Below are positions 61,496 to 62,395 of a stretch of 62,395 nt of DNA, in pieces (positions within the stretch are counted from its first letter, which is position 1; each line of letters begins with the position of its first letter). The stretch is from Comamonadaceae bacterium (GTDB taxonomy: Bacteria > Pseudomonadota > Gammaproteobacteria > Burkholderiales > Burkholderiaceae_C): positions 1 through 62,395 of the forward strand of contig CANFQF010000001.1 of NCBI GenBank assembly GCA_947449025.1. The letters are read 5' to 3'. The notes beneath the pieces are model-generated. The model had not been told where the DNA came from, did no database searches, and saw only the letters and a program-made list of their open reading frames with translations. The translations under genes and the position numbers were made by a program.

Positions 61496-62395
61496 ATGCA
61501 GACGCGATCCACCTCGTACGCGCCGGCTGCGGCGCCCCTACCTACTCTGCCACCTCAGGCGCCAGCCACCGCCGGTCGCAAAAACAGCAAGCGCGAACGA
61601 GAACACGAGGCCTCGCGTGAGCGAAGCACGAGCCCTCTGGCACGACGCGCTCAGCCCTTGACCACGGCCTTGAGCATACCCTTGTGGGCCAGCGAGGGCC
61701 GAACCAGTTACCGCAGCACACCGGCCTTTGCCCTCGGAGGCACCGCCCGACTCGCCAAGCCCTTGGCCGCGCGCGACCCCCTGCCGCCCGATGCCATCCT
61801 GGCGCGTATCGCGGCCTTTGCCGCCACCGACAGGCCGCTGGCGTACTTCCAGGGTCTGCGCCGCGTCCTGGGGCGGCGCCAGGGAGCCGATGAAACAGCG
61901 CAGGCGGAGCTGCTGCGACTGCGCCCCGAGGGACACCTGGAGCGCCACCCAGACTTTCGAAGCCAGGGGGACTGGCGGCGCTTCTTCCGGGACGGGGGCC
62001 GCATCGCCGGGATCAGCAAGCAAGATCGCAGCCTGCTTTGCTGCCAGGCCGCCATCCGGCACGATCCCCGGCTGGTCAAGTACCTCCCGCTTGAAATCAT
62101 CGTGTTTCACCCGGCACTCTTACTGGAGGCGGCGCGCCGAGACGGCTCCACGCTGGCGTTCATGGATTTCATCCTGTGTCCGCCGGGAGGCCGCCTTCGC
62201 GAGGCGCTTGTCGAGGCGGCCTATGCCAGCCCCCACCCGCCGCGTATCCAGCATGTGCCGCCCGACCGGCTGACGGAGGCACGCTGCCTCCAATCGCTCA
62301 AATGGGCGCCGCTGGATCTGCCCAAAGTGCCTGATGACCAGATCACCCTGCCGATGTGCCTGGCCTCACTTCGCCACACGCCCAGGGAGTTTCCA
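61496..62395 (+). CDS. Hypothetical protein P3, third paralog, truncated by window end
   Basis: Absent from the ORF track (no stop in window). 300 open codons: MQTRSTSYAPAAAP...SPLARRAQPLTT...LPPDAILARIAAF...HPDFRSQGDWRRFFRDGG...ITLPMCLASLRHTP. Confidence 0.85.
   Translation, partial: MQTRSTSYAPAAAPLPTLPPQAPATAGRKNSKREREHEASRERSTSPLARRAQPLTTALSIPLWASEGRTSYRSTPAFALGGTARLAKPLAARDPLPPDAILARIAAFAATDRPLAYFQGLRRVLGRRQGADETAQAELLRLRPEGHLERHPDFRSQGDWRRFFRDGGRIAGISKQDRSLLCCQAAIRHDPRLVKYLPLEIIVFHPALLLEAARRDGSTLAFMDFILCPPGGRLREALVEAAYASPHPPRIQHVPPDRLTEARCLQSLKWAPLDLPKVPDDQITLPMCLASLRHTPREFP

Noticed and set aside
61538-62273. Short track ORFs at the window end (190, 181, 130 and 69 aa)
   Set aside because: All overlap the open frame from 61496, which is clearly homologous to P1 and P2.

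Overview
GC-rich betaproteobacterial (Comamonadaceae-like, inferred from gene order and protein sequences) chromosomal window, mostly core genes. In order: a hydroxycinnamoyl-CoA beta-oxidation cluster with a MarR regulator; FKBP-grpE-dnaK-dnaJ; dedA/mutL/MFS/miaA; an Att-like ABC-lipocalin unit; pilU-usp-terC with a two-component system; an emrRCAB-type efflux operon; an ABC exporter; higBA; the complete nuoA-N operon; tRNA-Leu(GAG), secG, tpiA, qor, pnp and rpsO. Two accessory inserts stand out. (1) Divergent from rpsO lies a tandem array of at least three large paralogous proteins (775 aa, 783 aa and a third, truncated by the window edge and missing from the ORF track). They share a Ser/Pro-rich N-terminus, a KRxR NLS-like motif, a PLA(R/Q)RxQP(L/M)T motif and ~25-aa DUF4116-like helical repeats. 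Two of the three carry an F-box-like segment, and the first two share a promoter motif. This is a candidate family of eukaryote-targeted, SCF-mimicking effectors. (2) Downstream of dnaJ are two tandem lipoprotein genes whose promoter and signal peptide are ~90% identical while the mature domains have diverged strongly. Functional calls come from motif recognition by eye; no database searches were run.
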